Shown here piece by piece: positions 49,474-59,722 of a stretch of DNA of 64,000 bases. Below the pieces are notes generated by a model, which saw nothing but the letters and a program-made list of their open reading frames with translations, was not told where the DNA came from and did no database searches. Position 1 is the first letter of the stretch. Each line of letters starts with the position of its first letter. Location of the stretch: positions 4,476 to 68,475 of IMG/VR virus record IMGVR_UViG_3300020047_013271. The stretch is one strand, 5' to 3'. Source of the DNA: a virus. Its lineage: Duplodnaviria; Caudoviricetes. Position numbers and translations under genes: made by a program.

Positions 49474-49515
49474 TAACGGAATGGTTGTATAAAGGTTCGA
49501 TTCCTTTGCCGTTAT
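49474..49515 (+). ncRNA. mini tRNA-like element (acceptor stem plus T-arm only)
   Basis: TAACGG...AAAGG-TTCGATT-CCTTT-GCCGTTA. Confidence 0.5.
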
Positions 49516-52500
49516 CTAAAATCAATTATTAACTCTTATACTCTTAATCATGAGCAAATCAAACCTTATTAAATACGATTCTTTAACTGCTGTTTATTAC
49601 GCAATTAAGAGCGGTGAAACTGTAAACTGGCAAAATGGGAACTACTTTATTAAAATAGATTTTGATGGGGATTTAGTTATAAAACCATCAAACGGTTTAG
49701 GCGGTGAGATATTAACCGAAAAACATTTAAACGAATTATTCACTAACAAAACAAACGACTAACCCCATGAACACAAACAACACCCCAACGGACAAAAAAC
49801 ATGAGATTATAGGCGCAATTATTTTCTTTGCGTGTGTAGTTTCATTCATTGTATTTATATACTCGAATACTCCGCATTATTACCGTTAATTTTCGATCAT
49901 TACAAAACGACAACAAACATTTAAAAACTTATAAAATATTTATATCATGGAAAAAATTTCAAAAAGATTAACAAACACAACAGGTTTAAAAGTGGCTTTT
50001 ATTCCTGCTACAAATACTCAAGGCGATAAATTCAGATTAACGCAAACGAACGACAAAAAAAGTATCACCATCAATGGGAATTTGAATCTTGAGATTACGG
50101 ATTTTATTTGCGGAGTTTTGGACGGAATAGAAGAAATTGAGTCTTATTCAATCTTGGTTGATAATACCCAAAACAAATACTACTTATTTAATATTGACTT
50201 TAAAGGGCAGTCTTTCGAGAATATTTTAAACAACTTCAAAAAATACTAATTATGACAAATTCAGAATTAAACCGAGATATTAAAAGGCTTTATTCAAGTT
50301 TTAAAAATCGTATTTCCGAAAACACGGAAAAATGGACAAATCAAGATTGGGCGAAATATGAAGCCGAAGAAAGCAAACTTAAATTAGAGTTTCATAGACT
50401 TTACCACGCTGATAGAAATTTCGATGTTTTAAACATTAAAACAATGAAAATGATGTTGCATTTAAACAACTCTTTGAGAGTTATTCCTTTTCACGTTTTC
50501 GGACAAATAACCATTAAATAATTAGCAAAATGAAAAATACACTTAACACCAAATTATCAGTTTTTTTAATATCGTTTATCGCTGATTCGACACAATATTT
50601 TTTTAATGAAGAGCCGGAAACGTTAGGCAATCTAATTAAAGAAAAAAATAGTTACGGTATTAATTTTATTAAACGGTTTAATGTTTCCAAATGTAAATTT
50701 GAGAATATGAGTAAAAAAGATATTGAAAATTATTTCAATTGGGACACGCACACAATTTTAGAATTAAAGAAAACTAATTTTATTAAGTAGTCTATGAAAG
50801 CGAGTGAAATACAAACAAAAATATTAACGGAATTAAATTTAAAAACTTCTGTTTCAAATATTAAAAAAGGATCGATGAAGGGATATATAAGAATTCGCCC
50901 AATGTTTCAAAATGGCAAATATCCTGATTTTGATTTTAATTTCATACAGTCGTTAAAATTAGAATTATTGAATTTTGATTATGACAATAAACCCGTTTTT
51001 TGTTCTACATCTGAAATCTTTATTTATCAGATAGAAGATGATAGAATAATAATGGCGAAAGAAAGCAAACCTAAATTAATTGATTTGACTAAAACCGCCA
51101 AAGGTTGGGGAAGTAAAAATTCTCAAATGCGACTTGATAAAGCTACTCAGAGAAACGCAAAAAAACTAATGAAAGGCGGAGTCGCTAGATATTATTAAAA
51201 TTCTGACACATGCGAAACAAAGACAACACAACACAGAACAGATGCAAAGCGACGATTTTAATTTTCGCTTTGTTTATCCTAACTATTTTAATTCAACTCA
51301 AAACTTTTAGTCACTTTTAAAACTCAAAAATCATGAAAAATTTAATAAATAATTTATCAAAAAATACAAAAATTAATTTCGTAAAAACTCAAACTATTGA
51401 AAGTTTAGAAGATGAAATAATATATAAACAAATTACCGCAGTAGTCACAACTAAAAGAAATCTTTTTGATTGGGCGAAAAGTATTTACATACAACCAAGT
51501 GAGAAAGCAGGATTTTTTAATGTGGAAATTTTAATGAATAACGATCCGAAAGAAACTCTTTTAAAAGACATTTATAATTCTTTCAAAACTGAAGAATGGA
51601 AAAGCGCACAATACGGACATCAAAATGTATTTATGAAAGTTTTAATTAATGAAAGTGATATTAATAAAATTGTTAACTGGTTTTACTCTAAAATAAACTA
51701 ACCATGAAAAAGCTAAAAACACAAATTGCAATAGGCATAGTTATAACCGCTTATTTTTTGTTAAACGGGTTTATCCCTCGAAATTCTGAAATAACGGTAA
51801 AATACGGAGTTAAAGAGTTTCACTCGTGGGAATTGTACGCAACGGAACTACAAAACGAAGGATACACACCCGAAGCAAGCCGAAAAATTGCTAAGGTAGA
51901 TTTTGGAGTTTTGCCCATCGACGAAGAATACAACGCACTAATTGAAGACTAAAAAAACAACACTTTAAAAATTTATATTATGGCATCAAGAGTAGAAAAA
52001 TTTATAGCAAAATGGGGTCAATCTCAAGAAGAAATATGTTTTTGTTTAGGTTATGAAGTTAACGAATCCGACGATTTATTAATGATTGATTATTTCTTTG
52101 ACTTACTAGATAATGTTTGGGTTCCCAAAACAAGCTCTTTGTATTCTAAAGAAGAACAAAAAATAGCTAATGAACTAAGAAGTTAACAAAAACTAACACT
52201 TTAAAAATTTATATCATGGTAAAAGTATATTACGAGCAAGCAGGTTACGCACAATTGGTGGCTTATTTCGACGACGAAAACACGTATAATAAATGCGTCG
52301 AAGCCTTAGAAAAAGACGCACAAGAAAACAACTTTGAATTTATAACGGAAAGTATTAACGATTTAGATTTATCCGAAATTGACGAAATTATAGAGCCAAT
52401 TTTGAACGATGAAAAAACATTTTATCTAATCGGTGGCGATGCTACAAGAGAATACAACGACAACGGGATCGAAGGAGTTGTAAACGAATCAGAAGCCAAC

Positions 52501-52630
52501 GAATTAACCGTTTCGACTTTCTGCTTTATCGAGGGAAAAACAAGAAGCTCAGAACTTGCCGAAGCTCTTAACGGTTGGGATGATTACGTAATTATCACAG
52601 AAGAAGAATTTAACCTTATAAACTAATAAG

Positions 52631-52852
52631 ATGAAAACTAAAAGAGAAATTGCAATACACCAAATCAAACTACAATAAAAAATTCAAAGCGCAGGTTTTA
52701 ACATTGTAGAGTGTGGCAATTGTGGAACAGTTTTATTACATGAATTAGGAGGCGAAAAAATCGAATGTTTTTGTGGTCATGATATGGATTTAAGCGATTG
52801 CCCAGATTTATTTTATAGTGGCATAGAAAACAACGAAGAATTTAACAACTAA
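52631..52852 (+). pseudogene. Zn-ribbon protein interrupted by an in-frame TAA (52676-52678)
   Basis: MKTKREIAIHQIKLQ*KIQSAGFNIVECGNCG...CFCG...DCPDLF; the frame continues cleanly past the stop. Confidence 0.6.
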
Positions 52853-54364
52853 AAGCATGAAAGTACAACTTTTACAAAACGGACAAATTGAGGTTAAAGA
52901 CAAAAATCTAACTTTAATACATAGCGATATTAAAGGCAATAAATTTAATGATTGCGAAATAGACAAAGGGGAATATTACGAAACTGTTAAAAGTTCTGAC
53001 GAAAGATTTAAACCTTTATTTATTGCCTTAGTTAATTTTAAAAACTCAAAAAACTAAAATCATGAACCAAACAATTTTAAAAAATAAGAACTCGGAAGCA
53101 TTAGGAGAAAAACTCATCGAGGAACTGCAAAAACTAAATCACGATTTTGTAATAATTCACGTATCGACTTTTTACGACCACATCGAGGAGTTTTTCAAAG
53201 CAGTTATATTTTATCACATCTAAAAAACAGAAAAAATGGAAACATTAAATACACCTTTCAAACATTCAAAATGGTTTATAACATTAAATAAAGAAACTCA
53301 AAAATACGAGCCTTACACGACAAAAAAAGAAGCTTTGCAATACTTTGTATCTTCTGGTGATTTTTACAACGATAACGGAGTTTTAAGGTATTCAGGAAAA
53401 GAAAAAGGAAGTTATAAAATGAGTCAAAAAGAAAGTGATTATTTTACTCAACTACTAAAACAGAAAGTAGAAGCAAAGGAAGAAGCAAAAAAACATATTG
53501 AAATACTTAAAATTTTAGTTTCTGAAGAAAATAAAAGAATTCAAAAAAACTTTATTTTCAAAAACTGCATAGTAAGTATAACAGTTTATTTCGGATCAGA
53601 ATACGTTCATACAGGAGTTAGTTTTATTGACTATATAAAAGCTCACGGAGGGGAAACGAAAGAACTTTTAAAAACACTTTACGAAGATGCTAAAACGCCA
53701 TTAAAAGAAACAGACGAAAAAGAAGAAGTCAAAAACTTAATCAATATGTTTTTAGATTGGAAAAACAACTTTTTAACAGTTGTAAAGTTCGCTGAATATT
53801 ACAATTTGACTATTGAAAAAGCAAATTTGATGATTGATAAAGGTAGAGAACTAAACGAAAAACAAGCAATTGAAAAACAAAACTTTGTAATAAACTAATT
53901 AGCCATGCCCGAAGAAGAAAAAAAAGATTTCGCCCCACAAATAATAATTTTAATCATAATAATAGCCATTTTAACGGCTTTGTAAAACTGAAACAAAAAT
54001 GAAAAATACCAAAAAGCAATACGAAAAGAAAAGAGAAAAAATCCGGAATATGAATAATATTTCTGAACTCGAAAAAAGCAGCAGACACTTCTCTAACTGG
54101 ATCGATTATGTTTTCAATAGCGTTGATGAACGTGAAAGAGAATCACTAAAATACGAAGCCGAAAAAATAAGAATTAACACTTAGCACCAAAACTCAAAAA
54201 CCATGAAAATAACCGCCGAATTAGTAACAGAATTACTTCTTGAAGAAAACACTTTGAAAATTGATTGTTATTTCGGGCGGTATATTGATGGAGACTTTCG
54301 CTACATGGTGGCGATGTCAACGACAACAGAAAACCTAATCTTTGAATTTATTGAAAACTAGAAT

Positions 54365-54559
54365 ATGACAGAAACTCAAATCGATAAAAAAGCATTTATA
54401 AAAGAAGCCAAAGAAGAATTAAGATTTTTAGGCTATTTGCAAGTGGATTTAGCAAAAGCTACCTACATATCCCTAAATAGAATAAAAACTATTCTCGCAG
54501 GCTCACAATCAGTCACAGAAGAAGAAATAGCAGTAATCAAAAAAGTTTTAGGACTTTAA
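54365..54559 (+). CDS. XRE-family HTH protein
   Basis: LGYLQVDLAKATYISLNRIKTILAG. Confidence 0.7.
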   Translation: MTETQIDKKAFIKEAKEELRFLGYLQVDLAKATYISLNRIKTILAGSQSVTEEEIAVIKKVLGL

Positions 54560-54795
54560 TTTTAATCAATAGAAAACATGGAAGCAACAAAAACAGAATA
54601 CTCAAGAGATTTTAATTTCTTTATTAACGAACAAATAGGAATTAATGTAAAAAACCAAGGCAAATACGTTTCTTTCTTTTCAAGATTAGATGGTAAATTA
54701 TTTAAAACTATTGACCATAATAAAATAATTTCTGATGATGAAATACTAGAAATAAGTAGTTCTATTCATTTAAACTTGCCAAAATACGACTAAAC

Positions 54796-55017
54796 ATGAA
54801 CCCAGCCAAAGAAATCGGAGCAATCATAAAAACTCGCCGAAAAACTCAAAAACTTTCTCAAAAGGAATTATCCGTTAGGATTTTCGGCGACGACAGCCAC
54901 AACACATTTATATCAAGACTCGAAAACGGACAGTTTGAAAACTCCGGATTCATAACGATTTTTAACGTAATGAATGCCTTGAATATTGACTTAATTTCCC
55001 TAATCAAAAACTCTTAA
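54796..55017 (+). CDS. XRE-family HTH protein
   Basis: RRK.QKLSQKELS...FISRLENG. Confidence 0.8.
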   Translation: MNPAKEIGAIIKTRRKTQKLSQKELSVRIFGDDSHNTFISRLENGQFENSGFITIFNVMNALNIDLISLIKNS

Positions 55018-55700
55018 CCCCCACAAAAAATATGGAATTTATCATTACAACCGCAGAAATAGAAAGCACCGAAACTTTCAAATCCCTTGACAAATGTTTC
55101 AAAAACATTGCAATAAAACTCACAAGCAAAAAAATAATAAGCGCAGGCTTGCTTGTTCACAAAAACTCTGGGATAATACCAGGAAGCGTATCAGGTAACA
55201 ACCTCAAAATTTTAAAGGATTTAATCAAAGCCAAAAACCAATAAAAACATGGAACTATTAATCTTAACCGCATTCTGTCTTTTAGTAATTTGTATTTTAT
55301 TAATGCGTACAGTTTTGAAGCAAGAAATTACTATTTTCAACCTAAACGAAAAGTTAGCAATTTCAGATCAGGAATACATAGACTTGTTTAACGAAAACTT
55401 ATTACTTACAGGTCACTCCAATGACTTAGAAGTTTCGAGCGAATTTAAAAATAATTTAACATGAATAAAAACATAGCAATTGTAGTCGGAACTCATGCTA
55501 TTGGACGTTCAGTAACTTCTGTATTTAAAGAAATAGTTCATGCGGAAGTAGTTGTTTCAGTTGCAAAAAATCAGTTTGGTCCAGAACCTATAATTATTAA
55601 TAATTACAGAGATTGCTCAAATAAACATAAATATTTTGAAATTGAACCGAGCAAGTTTATCGGAAAGTCAAAATTCAACTTTAAAAAATAAATAAAAATT

Positions 55701-55985
55701 ATGAATCAAACTATTTGGAAATACGAAACGCCTTTTGAGCAATATTTTGAAATTCAAATGCCAAAAGGAGCTGAGATATTGTCAGTTCAAAGTGACGAAA
55801 AAACAAACATACCATGTATTTTTGCATTAGTCTATCCCAACAACGAAAAAGAAATACGTTGTTTTGAATTATTCGGTACTGGAAACACTATTCATAACGA
55901 TATGGGGATTAGTAGAAAATACTTAGGAACTTACCAGTATCAAAAAGGAGAATTTATAGGACACATGTTTGAAAGAATTAATTAA
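55701..55985 (+). CDS. conserved small phage protein
   Basis: TIWKY...IQMPKGAEILSVQ...FGTG...YLGTYQ signature common in phages. Confidence 0.65.
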   Translation: MNQTIWKYETPFEQYFEIQMPKGAEILSVQSDEKTNIPCIFALVYPNNEKEIRCFELFGTGNTIHNDMGISRKYLGTYQYQKGEFIGHMFERIN

Positions 55986-56023
55986 AAAAATCCCTCTATC
56001 AATTAAGATAGAGGGATTTTTTT
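55984..56023. terminator. bidirectional terminator
   Basis: AAAAAAATCCCTCTATC-loop-GATAGAGGGATTTTTTT. Confidence 0.9.
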
Positions 56024-56037
56024 GTGTTTAAAAATGA

Positions 56038-56406
56038 CTAAAACTCCTTACGTAAAAGCAAAAAAACATCGTTGTCAAGTAACTGATATCCTTTATCATA
56101 AACGAAAAAATAAGTGTTTCCCGTTTTCGCATTCAAAACCGAAGTGTAAACTTCAAAATCAAATTTCTTTTTTACCAGTATGCTCTTCGGAACCTTAGCC
56201 GTTTCTTTCGGGTTTAGTTCCGTTAATATTTTATAGTTTCGACGCAAAGCATTATTCACATTACGCATTAAATTCGTCGAATCTTTGTTAACCTTATTAT
56301 TGTGCGTATTCCGGCACGCATTCGAGCAAAACATCTTATCCGCCCGCCCGACTAATTCTTTCCCGCATTCGGGACAAAAACGTTTCTCTTTAATTATTGG
56401 TTCCAT
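56038..56406 (-). CDS. DUF2116-like Zn-ribbon protein
   Basis: CPECG..LVGRADK.FCS..CRN..NN...NALRRNYKIL; recalled as a Flavobacteriaceae chromosomal family. Confidence 0.7.
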   Translation of the reverse strand: MEPIIKEKRFCPECGKELVGRADKMFCSNACRNTHNNKVNKDSTNLMRNVNNALRRNYKILTELNPKETAKVPKSILVKKKFDFEVYTSVLNAKTGNTYFFVYDKGYQLLDNDVFLLLRKEF

Positions 56407-56407
56407 T

Positions 56408-56668
56408 TTATATTTCTTTTCTTATCTCAGGAAAAACGCTTCTATAAATTGCTTCTTCCGCCCGTAATTGTGATCCAAAAATTTGTCTTGATTTTGCTTT
56501 ATACAATGCCATAAATTCTTCATCCGACAAATGCGAAAAAATAGAATCTCTTTTATTTTCATCATCACGTACGTATAAAATACCATTATTAATAGAAGCT
56601 GACATAATATCTGATTCCTCTTTGCTTTTAGCAGTGTAAGTACCGTTTTCAAATTTAACAGTTCCCAT
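56408..56668 (-). CDS. hypothetical protein
   Basis: 86-aa ORF downstream of the integrase. Confidence 0.5.
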   Translation of the reverse strand: MGTVKFENGTYTAKSKEESDIMSASINNGILYVRDDENKRDSIFSHLSDEEFMALYKAKSRQIFGSQLRAEEAIYRSVFPEIRKEI

Positions 56669-56672
56669 ATTT

Positions 56673-57920
56673 TTAGTTTTTAGCGTTAAATTGTTTTTTC
56701 ATTATTTCCGCATATTCAACTTGTGACTTTTTGTTGTAATGTGCGTGCATTTTACTTGTTTTACTCCATCCCAAAACTGAATTCAAAACTTCTTTTTCTA
56801 CTCCGGAGAAATTTGTCGCAAAACTTCGACGACAAACGTGCGACGAAATTAGCAAATATTTTTTGTAATAGCCAATTTTCTTGCGTTTCAAATCCTTATC
56901 AAAAACTTTTCCATAAACCAAATTATCTATATCACACACTTGGCAAATGATTTTTATTTGCTTATTAAATTCTGAACTACTTATTTTTTGCGGTAAGCAT
57001 CCAAAGTTTTCGTTCATTATTTTCTCTACCTGGGGATGAATTGGCATTACGACTTTAGCTCTTGTTTTCTTAGTTTTTATCGTAAAGTTTCCATCACTAA
57101 TATTTGAAATATCAAGCTTCAAAAAGTCAGAAATCCTCAATCCCGTAAAAAGTCCTATCAAAAAGTTTTGCTTTGCAACATTTAGATCATAATCATACGT
57201 GAAATCCTTATCGATTATTTTCTGAATTTCTGCTTCATTTAAATAAACTCCTTCAATATCAGCATCAGGTTCAAAATAAATTCGTTCCTTGAATGCTTGA
57301 GTAACTTCCATATTCATTTCCGTTGCCCGATTGAAAAAGAAACGCAATCGCCCTATGTTTCTTTCTATCGTCGATGTTTGGTAATTTTCAGTTTCGAGCC
57401 AATCTATAAATCCTTCAATATCTTTTTTAGTGGTGTTACGCAATTGCATTTTTTCACCTATTAAAACTTCATACTCGTTAAGAGTTTCGACGAATTTCTT
57501 ATATTGATTCTTCGCCGGTTCTTCCATAAATTTTTTGGCCGAAACTTTCCACTCCGAAGCATGATTTTCAATCCAAAAAGTAGCAAAGTCAGAAACGTAA
57601 ATAGAGTAATCAGGAGTTTTCATTCCTACCTCTAATTTAGGACGCATGAAACTCGACTTTATCACTTTTTGCAACCAAACTTTAGTGATAGAAACTCCTT
57701 TACAAAAATCTTTGTTGTAAGCCTTCAGAACAGAAAGTTTTAATTCTTGAAGTGCAATATTTAACTCATCATTATTTACCGCTGATTGAAGATCTGAATC
57801 CCATTCGTGGTCCATAAGCATAACATTTGTTACCGCAGAAAAGTCCAAACGATTGTGATAAAACCTTATTGATAAACGTTTTATGGTTTTAGTTCCGGAA
57901 AGTTTATAGGAAATGTTCAT
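56673..57920 (-). CDS. tyrosine integrase 1 (Bacteroidota arm-binding type)
   Basis: TGLRISD (R), K, SHVCRRSFAT (HxxR), LGW and HY; N-terminal arm domain. Confidence 0.9.
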   Translation of the reverse strand: MNISYKLSGTKTIKRLSIRFYHNRLDFSAVTNVMLMDHEWDSDLQSAVNNDELNIALQELKLSVLKAYNKDFCKGVSITKVWLQKVIKSSFMRPKLEVGMKTPDYSIYVSDFATFWIENHASEWKVSAKKFMEEPAKNQYKKFVETLNEYEVLIGEKMQLRNTTKKDIEGFIDWLETENYQTSTIERNIGRLRFFFNRATEMNMEVTQAFKERIYFEPDADIEGVYLNEAEIQKIIDKDFTYDYDLNVAKQNFLIGLFTGLRISDFLKLDISNISDGNFTIKTKKTRAKVVMPIHPQVEKIMNENFGCLPQKISSSEFNKQIKIICQVCDIDNLVYGKVFDKDLKRKKIGYYKKYLLISSHVCRRSFATNFSGVEKEVLNSVLGWSKTSKMHAHYNKKSQVEYAEIMKKQFNAKN

Positions 57921-57969
57921 AATAAAGAGTTTTGATGTAGCAAATTTACACATATAAATTCATTTGACA

Positions 57970-58044
57970 ATGAAATATACAAAATAATTCACTTTTTCAT
58001 TGTCATATGTGAAATATTGCTTACATTTGTGAAATAATTTTCAC
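57970..58044. promoter_or_regulatory. divergent int/xis promoter region with operator-like RTGAAATA sites
   Basis: ATGAAATATAC (57970), GTGAAATATTGC (58009) and GTGAAATAATTTTCAC (58029-58044) around TACATTTG. Confidence 0.55.
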
Positions 58045-58062
58045 TTAAAGCGAAACTATCAT

Positions 58063-58374
58063 ATGAAAGTAGATAACGAAAAAAAAGACAAATTAGAGTT
58101 TGTAAAGCAAACACAAGCTGAAACTCAAAAAGTCCACATTGGAACATTAAGACCAAAGCGAGGACATTCATTATTTGAGGTGAATCTTAAATTAAAAACA
58201 ATTAGCCTTGCTGACTTTAATAAAACCGAAGTCGTAAAATTTTAGGATGCCATGAAAGGAACTATATCAGTAAACAAAAAAGTTGATATAAAAGACGATT
58301 GCATTTATATTTCTGCCTTAAACAAGAGAAATGTAATTAAGGTTTTGCATCGTGATCACGGAATAATATTTTAA
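58063..58374 (+). pseudogene. hypothetical gene interrupted by an in-frame TAG (58243-58245)
   Basis: Frame continues ..VVKF*DAMKGTISVNKKVDIKDDCIYISALNKRNVIKVL..; 104 codons in total. Confidence 0.55.
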
Positions 58375-58390
58375 ACAAAACTCCAAATAA

Positions 58391-58636
58391 ATGAAAAAAC
58401 TATTCATAGAGCTAACCGAAGAGCAAATAAATAAAATCGTCGAATCTCGCCAACCCAAGAAAAACAACCTTACTTTCTCTATTATAGGAGCGTCTAAGGA
58501 GTTAGGAGTTTCGGAATCTACAATGCATCGGCTTATAAAAAATAATTTCATCAAAACTCTTAAACTTGGAAAATCCCCACGCATAACTCAACAAGAAATT
58601 GACCGGTATAAAAGTGCAGATGATGGAGATGAGTGA
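58391..58636 (+). CDS. excisionase-like HTH protein
   Basis: FSI..ASKELGVSESTMHRLIK...LG...RI.Q.EI.RY (HTH_17-like). Confidence 0.75.
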   Translation: MKKLFIELTEEQINKIVESRQPKKNNLTFSIIGASKELGVSESTMHRLIKNNFIKTLKLGKSPRITQQEIDRYKSADDGDE

Positions 58637-58772
58637 TAACGGTCGATGATATGAGAGGATTTTCGGAAGGATAAATCACAAACCTTTCAGTTCAAGACCA
58701 AAGTAAAAAAGTACAAACCCAAAAATTAAATTTATAAACCAAGCCGAAAATCTCTTATATCATTTGTTAGGG
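58634..58772 (+). repeat. attC-like site 0
   Basis: TAAC..TGATATGAGAGGATTTTCGG / CCGAAAATCTCTTATATCA..GTTAGGG inverted arms with one extra G. Confidence 0.75.
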
Positions 58773-58795
58773 AATCGGCTTTTAAAATCAAAATT

Positions 58796-59110
58796 ATGTA
58801 TTATATCATCTCACTAACTCACACAATGCGCCACGAAAAATATATCACTTTATGGCGACCAAATAACAAAGGATATTGTTATTCAAAAGAAAATGCAGGG
58901 CTTTATGAAACGCCAAAAAAAGGTTATCACGATTCGTGTGATAATATGCCAATATCAACTGATGATGCAGGAAAACTGTTTAAAAAACTGCCTTACGATA
59001 ATGTTGAAAAAGATATGATTCCAAACAATAAAGAAACTTGGAAAATATTAAACGCTAAAATGACAAAGAATGGTCTTGTTAAACGGGAAGTTGTGCAAGC
59101 TGTTCCCTAA
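58796..59110 (+). CDS. cassette 1 ORF, hypothetical protein
   Basis: Its stop codon TAA lies inside CCCTAAC of the next attC-like site. Confidence 0.75.
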   Translation: MYYIISLTHTMRHEKYITLWRPNNKGYCYSKENAGLYETPKKGYHDSCDNMPISTDDAGKLFKKLPYDNVEKDMIPNNKETWKILNAKMTKNGLVKREVVQAVP

Positions 59111-59237
59111 CGGTTCTCGGCTATGCGAGGTTTGGGATTAAAGAAGCCTAAACCTCCGATTTAGCCAAATAATAACAGATACAAACTGAACTTTAAATTA
59201 AACCAAATACCCAAATCTTGCATAACTGATGTTAGGG
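59105..59237 (+). repeat. attC-like site 1
   Basis: CCCTAAC..GGCTATGCGAGGTTTGGG / CCCAAATCTTGCATAACT..GTTAGGG. Confidence 0.8.
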
Positions 59238-59269
59238 CAAGTACGGATTATTAAACTAAAAATATTGTT

Positions 59270-59422
59270 ATGAAAACAGAAGATTTTATAAATAGAAAAA
59301 TTCAATCACTTTGGAATAAACAACCTAAAAACGCAAATGAAGCGCATTTCAGAGCAGAAGAAATAACACGACTTGAAAAAATGATAACCAAAAAACACAC
59401 TAAAAATGGAAAAGTTAATTGA
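59270..59422 (+). CDS. cassette 2 ORF A (50 aa)
   Basis: MKTEDFINRKIQSLW...KNGKVN*; below the ORF-track length cut-off. Confidence 0.55.
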   Translation: MKTEDFINRKIQSLWNKQPKNANEAHFRAEEITRLEKMITKKHTKNGKVN

Positions 59423-59564
59423 AAAGTATAAAAAAAGATTAGAAATATTAAAGGAAAATAGAGCGCAAACAGTAGATACAAATACCGACTGTGAAAATGC
59501 AGTTTATGACGATGCTATTAATAGAGTTGCTGAATTTATACGTGATTTGAAATCATTAATATAG
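59406..59564 (+). CDS. cassette 2 ORF B (52 aa)
   Basis: MEKLIEKYKKRLEIL...RDLKSLI*; ends 6 nt before the attC-like site. Confidence 0.6.
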   Translation: MEKLIEKYKKRLEILKENRAQTVDTNTDCENAVYDDAINRVAEFIRDLKSLI

Positions 59565-59570
59565 TATTTG

Positions 59571-59627
59571 CCCTAACGATGCGCGCTTTGAGAAGCTCTT
59601 TGGAATTTCCCAAAGTGCTTGTTATGC
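59571..59627 (+). repeat. attC-like site 2
   Basis: CCCTAAC..GCGCTTTGAGAA / TTCCCAAAGTGC..GTTATGC. Confidence 0.75.
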
Positions 59628-59639
59628 GAAGGGTGCCTC

Positions 59640-59671
59640 GTTATTCGAAAGGTTTGCGCCTTTCGAATAAC
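59640..59671. repeat. perfect 13-bp inverted repeat at the array end (candidate primary recombination site)
   Basis: GTTATTCGAAAGG-TTTGCG-CCTTTCGAATAAC. Confidence 0.7.
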
Positions 59672-59722
59672 ATAGAATATGTATTTTAAACTTATTAATA
59701 TTAATAAAACCAATACTTAACG

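Larger units (their letters stand above)
49550..55985 (+). other. block of about 25 short co-oriented early-type genes
   Basis: ORFs at 49550, 49947, 50252, 50530, 50794, 51333, 51704, 51980, 52216, 52857, 53236, 53999, 54578, 55032, 55249, 55461 and others; A-rich leaders; no recognisable motifs in most. Confidence 0.75.
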
